The translations under genes were made by a program, and so were the position numbers. A model generated the notes under the pieces. It worked only from the letters and a program-made list of their open reading frames with translations. It was not told where the DNA came from and made no database searches. A stretch of DNA of 61,983 bases, counting the filler. It is 6 parts of 6 records of this genome, joined end to end, with 100 filler letters (N's around TTAATTAATTAA, not from the genome) between each part and the next. Parts side by side here need not be neighbours in the genome. Positions count along the whole stretch, not along the records: positions 53,848 to 61,983 come from SRR20825006_2855; 5 more parts are not named here. One strand, written 5' to 3'. Shown piece after piece: positions 59,524-61,983 of this stretch (the stretch's first letter is position 1; every line of letters starts with the position of its first letter).

Positions 59524-60015
59524 TTGACTGCGGCAAAATCGAAGCTTTTGCCTCCGGCGGAGGATTTGACCCAGCGTGCCGCCAGCAGCACGACCGGTCT
59601 GGATCTGCGCCTCAACCCGGCTCTCCTGCGCCGTCTTGAGGATGTGGTCAACGAGTCCCGTGAACGGTTCGTGGTGGATCTCGCGGCCCGTCTGCGCAAA
59701 TTGCGGGCAAGCACCCAGGCCCGGGTCGATGGCCAGATGAGCGATACGGATCTGCTGCATCTGGTGTTCGAGGAGAGTCTGCAGATCAAGGGCATGGGCG
59801 GCACGATCGGCTATCAGGTGCTCAGCCTGATCGCGACGACCCTGAACGATTTCGTGACCGGACGTCAGACGCTGGGCCGTATCCAGTTTGAAATCCTGCA
59901 GCTGCATATCGATGCCATGTATGTCGTGATCGCGGACCGGATTACGGATAATGGCGGGATTCTGGAAGATCAGGTGCTCAGCGGTCTCAGGATGGCGGTC
60001 AAGAAATTTGGCTGA
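59524..60015 (+). CDS. Hpt-like protein lacking the canonical His
   Basis: SLQIKGMGGTIGY versus Hpt-type aHxlKGxxGxxGy. TTG start uncertain. Confidence 0.65.
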   Translation: MTAAKSKLLPPAEDLTQRAASSTTGLDLRLNPALLRRLEDVVNESRERFVVDLAARLRKLRASTQARVDGQMSDTDLLHLVFEESLQIKGMGGTIGYQVLSLIATTLNDFVTGRQTLGRIQFEILQLHIDAMYVVIADRITDNGGILEDQVLSGLRMAVKKFG

Positions 60016-60096
60016 ATGTAAAACCGGTAACAGAAGCCGGTGACAGAAGGACGCCGTGCCCTTATCTTAGCAGCACGCATTTGACTGGAGCCTTCG

Positions 60097-60486
60097 ATGG
60101 CCGACTTCGACAGAACGGACCGCAAAGCATTGGGCATCCTTTCGGATACGGTTTCCGAGAAATTGGGCCCGTCCGACAAGGTTACCCGGGAAATCCGGCG
60201 TGCCTACACGTCGGGCAAGCAGATCGATCGTTTCATGGCCCGCGCCGCGTTCGATGCCCTGCCGGACTGGCAGCGCAGCGACATCGGTTCGGCCGCCGCA
60301 CATCTGGCGCATGCGATCATCCGGGAAGAGCTCGGCGGGGTCGCGCCGTTCGGCACCGAGCGGGATTGGCGGGATATGGATGTGCCGCAGCGCCAGGCTC
60401 GTCCGGCGGCGCGTCCGGCAAGAAAACAGGATGCCGGTGGAGACATGCAGTCGCCGCCACGGTTTCTGTCCCGCACAACCCGTTAG
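60097..60486 (+). CDS. Hypothetical protein
   Basis: GGAG RBS and coding-like composition. Confidence 0.55.
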   Translation: MADFDRTDRKALGILSDTVSEKLGPSDKVTREIRRAYTSGKQIDRFMARAAFDALPDWQRSDIGSAAAHLAHAIIREELGGVAPFGTERDWRDMDVPQRQARPAARPARKQDAGGDMQSPPRFLSRTTR

Positions 60487-60687
60487 CGAGCCCGGCATGG
60501 GCCGCCATGCCGGTTCGCTTTCCAGATCTGGCTGTTTTGTATGATCGGCATTGTTTTTCGATGCCCGGATCGGCTAGTGTTTGGCGCAATTTGAATATAA
60601 TTTTGATTTTCTGGACGCGGTTGCGATCTATTTAAATATAGGGCTGGTAATTGACCGGTTGAGCGAGCCGGTCCTGTTAAGGAGTTA

Positions 60688-61335
60688 GTGATGCGCGGCA
60701 GGGAGCCGGTGCAACAGTTCGTCGTCGTTGAACATGTTGCCAAAGAATTCGCGCGGTTCCTGAACCGTGTCCAGAATGATGAAGTCGATATCCTGGGCTC
60801 GTTCCTGATCGAGAACGAGTGGGAAAAATACAAGAAAGACAGCGAAGGCGTCGTTCAGTCTCTTGAGCTGGCAGGCTTTGCGATCGTCCCGAAAGAGCCG
60901 ACGGACGCCATGATCGCCGGGGCCGACAAGACTCTTGCCGGCGGCCTGATGGGCCAGCGCGGTGCGCGGGTCTATGTCGAAGCCGTCTTTGGCGCCATGG
61001 TCGATGGCTGGCTCGAGACCTATAATCCGAACCTGATCCTCGACATCTTTTCGATGGCCCTGTCGCGCGCTTCCAATCCGCGTGCGCGCCGCGACAGTGG
61101 CGGCATGGATTCCTCGTTCCAGCGATTCCGCAAGCATTCCCAGGATATGCTGGCCGGGCTGATCAAGAACGGCCAGGTTGTCGTTCCGGACGAGCCGACT
61201 CCTGAGATGGTTTCCGCCGGGGTTGCGGAAACCGCGGAAATTCGCACCAAGACGAACCAGCAGGTCAGTATCGGTGCGGACCCGACCTATCTCGCCAATC
61301 TCTACGAAAACATGGTTGAAGCGCGCCCCAAATAA
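60688..61335 (+). CDS. Hypothetical protein with duplicated VPxEPTxxM motif
   Basis: AAGGAG RBS; two copies of VPxEPTxxM...MV. Confidence 0.7.
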   Translation: MMRGREPVQQFVVVEHVAKEFARFLNRVQNDEVDILGSFLIENEWEKYKKDSEGVVQSLELAGFAIVPKEPTDAMIAGADKTLAGGLMGQRGARVYVEAVFGAMVDGWLETYNPNLILDIFSMALSRASNPRARRDSGGMDSSFQRFRKHSQDMLAGLIKNGQVVVPDEPTPEMVSAGVAETAEIRTKTNQQVSIGADPTYLANLYENMVEARPK

Positions 61336-61350
61336 GGAGCGCCTGCAGCT

Positions 61351-61737
61351 TCAGGATTTGCCGCTGGGCTTGAAGGCGGCTGCCAGAAGGGTCACCGCCT
61401 GCTTATGGCGGGCGCTGCCGGCCTGCGGGGGCGGTGCGGAGTTGCGGGTGCTCGACATGGTCTGGGCGCCAGACTTGCTGATCGCGTCCAGAAGCGTTGC
61501 GGCATTGTCCTTCGGACGTGCGCGTTTGCTCGCGGGTTTCCGGCGGCCAGTGTGACTGGACAGGGCCCTTTGCACGGCGAGGGCACAGAGATTGTTCAGA
61601 AACGGGGCAACAAGCGCGGATTTCAGCTTGTCGTCGCTCTCCGCCCAGACCCTGAGCAGCAAGGCGGACTCACGACGATTGTTCCCTGTCGCCTCGAGTG
61701 CTTCGAGGGCTTTTGTCTGGGCGTAGTCCTTAGCCAT
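61351..61737 (-). CDS. Hypothetical basic protein
   Basis: AGG RBS; helical N-terminus ALEALEATGNNRRESA. Confidence 0.55.
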   Translation of the reverse strand: MAKDYAQTKALEALEATGNNRRESALLLRVWAESDDKLKSALVAPFLNNLCALAVQRALSSHTGRRKPASKRARPKDNAATLLDAISKSGAQTMSSTRNSAPPPQAGSARHKQAVTLLAAAFKPSGKS

Positions 61738-61884
61738 GCGTTACCTGCCTACCCGGGGACCGTTTCCGTTTCCGAACAATAGCATAATCGCCTCAAAACG
61801 CGCATCCGTTAACGTGCGGCCCAAGAGAGGCCGGCGCTTTGGAGACTTGCGCCGCGCCCGGCATATGGAACAATAGCGTCCGGT

Positions 61885-61983
61885 CTATTTGGCGTTCCGC
61901 ATTTCGACCACGCGCTGCGGGAACGGAATTTCGATGCCATTGGCGTCGAGAGCTTCCTTCACCGCCTTGTTGAAGGCGAACAG
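61885..61983 (-). CDS. mscS: Small-conductance mechanosensitive channel, C-terminal end
   Basis: Hand translation LFAFNKAVKEALDANGIEIPFPQRVVEMRNAK*; GIEIPFPQ is the MscS signature. Confidence 0.8.
   Translation of the reverse strand: MFAFNKAVKEALDANGIEIPFPQRVVEMRNAK

Noticed and set aside
1-61983. tRNA, rRNA, CRISPR array, integrase or transposase
   Set aside because: None recognised by eye or in the ORF track; short RNAs could be missed without covariance-model searches.

Overview
The window is not one locus. It is six unrelated contig fragments joined by artificial 100-nt spacers (N-run, TTAATTAATTAA, N-run) at 15410-15509, 22162-22261, 38690-38789, 46242-46341 and 53748-53847. Fragment 1 (1-15409, alphaproteobacterial) is a short-chain carboxylate/acyl-CoA regulatory region: a PccR-like ScfR regulator, an AT-rich stand-alone SIR2-like gene, LysR, YitT, a CrbS-like SLC5-STAC histidine kinase, a small membrane partner, a stand-alone receiver and a second ScfR regulator, divergent from a Liv-type ABC transporter. 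Fragment 2 carries aroC, a degenerate RimK-associated protease-like gene, TetR/DUF2269, DMT/LysR, GlcG and tlyA. Fragment 3 carries an esterase, a ligase-associated exonuclease plus ATP-dependent ligase, a LiuR-like regulator with fadD/fadE/fadJ/fadI, and oppABCD. Fragment 4 carries DUF930, ptrB, DUF2254, gcd and sodB. Fragment 5 looks like Myxococcota or a relative (inferred from gene content) and carries an ECF sigma, a three-repeat anti-sigma, a GMC pair and kamD. Fragment 6 carries GNAT, ArsR/hydrolase, a LonC-like protease, chaC, a Cle-like receiver with a His-less Hpt-like partner, hypotheticals and an mscS end. The best novel-system candidate is the second ScfR regulator (8670-10295). 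It carries an inserted segment of about 60 aa that aligns ungapped (18/57 identical by hand, His aligned) with the HisKA/DHp domain of the co-transcribed kinase. This suggests a kinase -> stand-alone receiver -> DHp-containing transcription factor relay. No tRNA, rRNA, CRISPR array or transposase was recognised. All family assignments are by motif recognition, without database searches.
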